Both the position numbers and the translations under genes were made by a program. Positions 63,936-64,000 of a stretch of DNA of 64,000 bases are shown piece after piece (positions within the stretch are counted from its first letter, which is position 1; each line of letters starts with the position of its first letter). This stretch comes from Saccostrea echinata (Eukaryota): positions 2,666,001 to 2,730,000 of the forward strand of contig NW_026889785.1 of NCBI RefSeq assembly GCF_033153115.1, in the 5' to 3' direction. The notes under the pieces were generated by a model, which worked only from the letters and a program-made list of their open reading frames with translations, was not told the DNA's origin and did no database searches.

Positions 63936-64000
63936 AGTAGTAGTTACCGTATAAGTTTTTATTGGTTTTCTCTAGATACCCTATAGAGAGGTTAAAAGGT

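Overview
This is AT-rich eukaryotic DNA, almost certainly bivalve and most like an oyster (Ostreidae), judged from the repeat families. I found no intact host protein-coding gene, rRNA or CRISPR array, and most ORFs in the supplied track are spurious or transposon fragments. The window is a transposon graveyard. It holds at least six families of Helentron-associated non-autonomous elements (HINEs) carrying internal 156-bp, 168-bp and other satellite arrays, two tRNA-derived SINE subfamilies (two copies with 13-bp TSDs) and 3' fragments of a Penelope-like (Naiad-type) retroelement. It also holds TA-TSD MITEs, a TIR family with 6-bp TSDs, and decayed coding remnants of Gypsy, DIRS, LINE, CACTA/EnSpm, PIF/Harbinger, Tc1-like, MULE-like and Kolobok elements. 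Four observations stand out: (i) three separate P2X7-ballast/KolX-like pseudogenes, one reconstructable as a 5-exon gene and one clearly tail-to-tail with a Kolobok transposase end; (ii) an RFX X-box motif in nearly every 156-bp satellite monomer carried by a mobile HINE; (iii) a conserved, foldable 3' RNA module of the Naiad-like element; (iv) a run of co-oriented fragments from several TE superfamilies at 55.8-63.5 kb that resembles a piRNA-cluster-type locus. Family names come from motif recognition by eye, not database searches. Coordinates of degenerate remnants are approximate.
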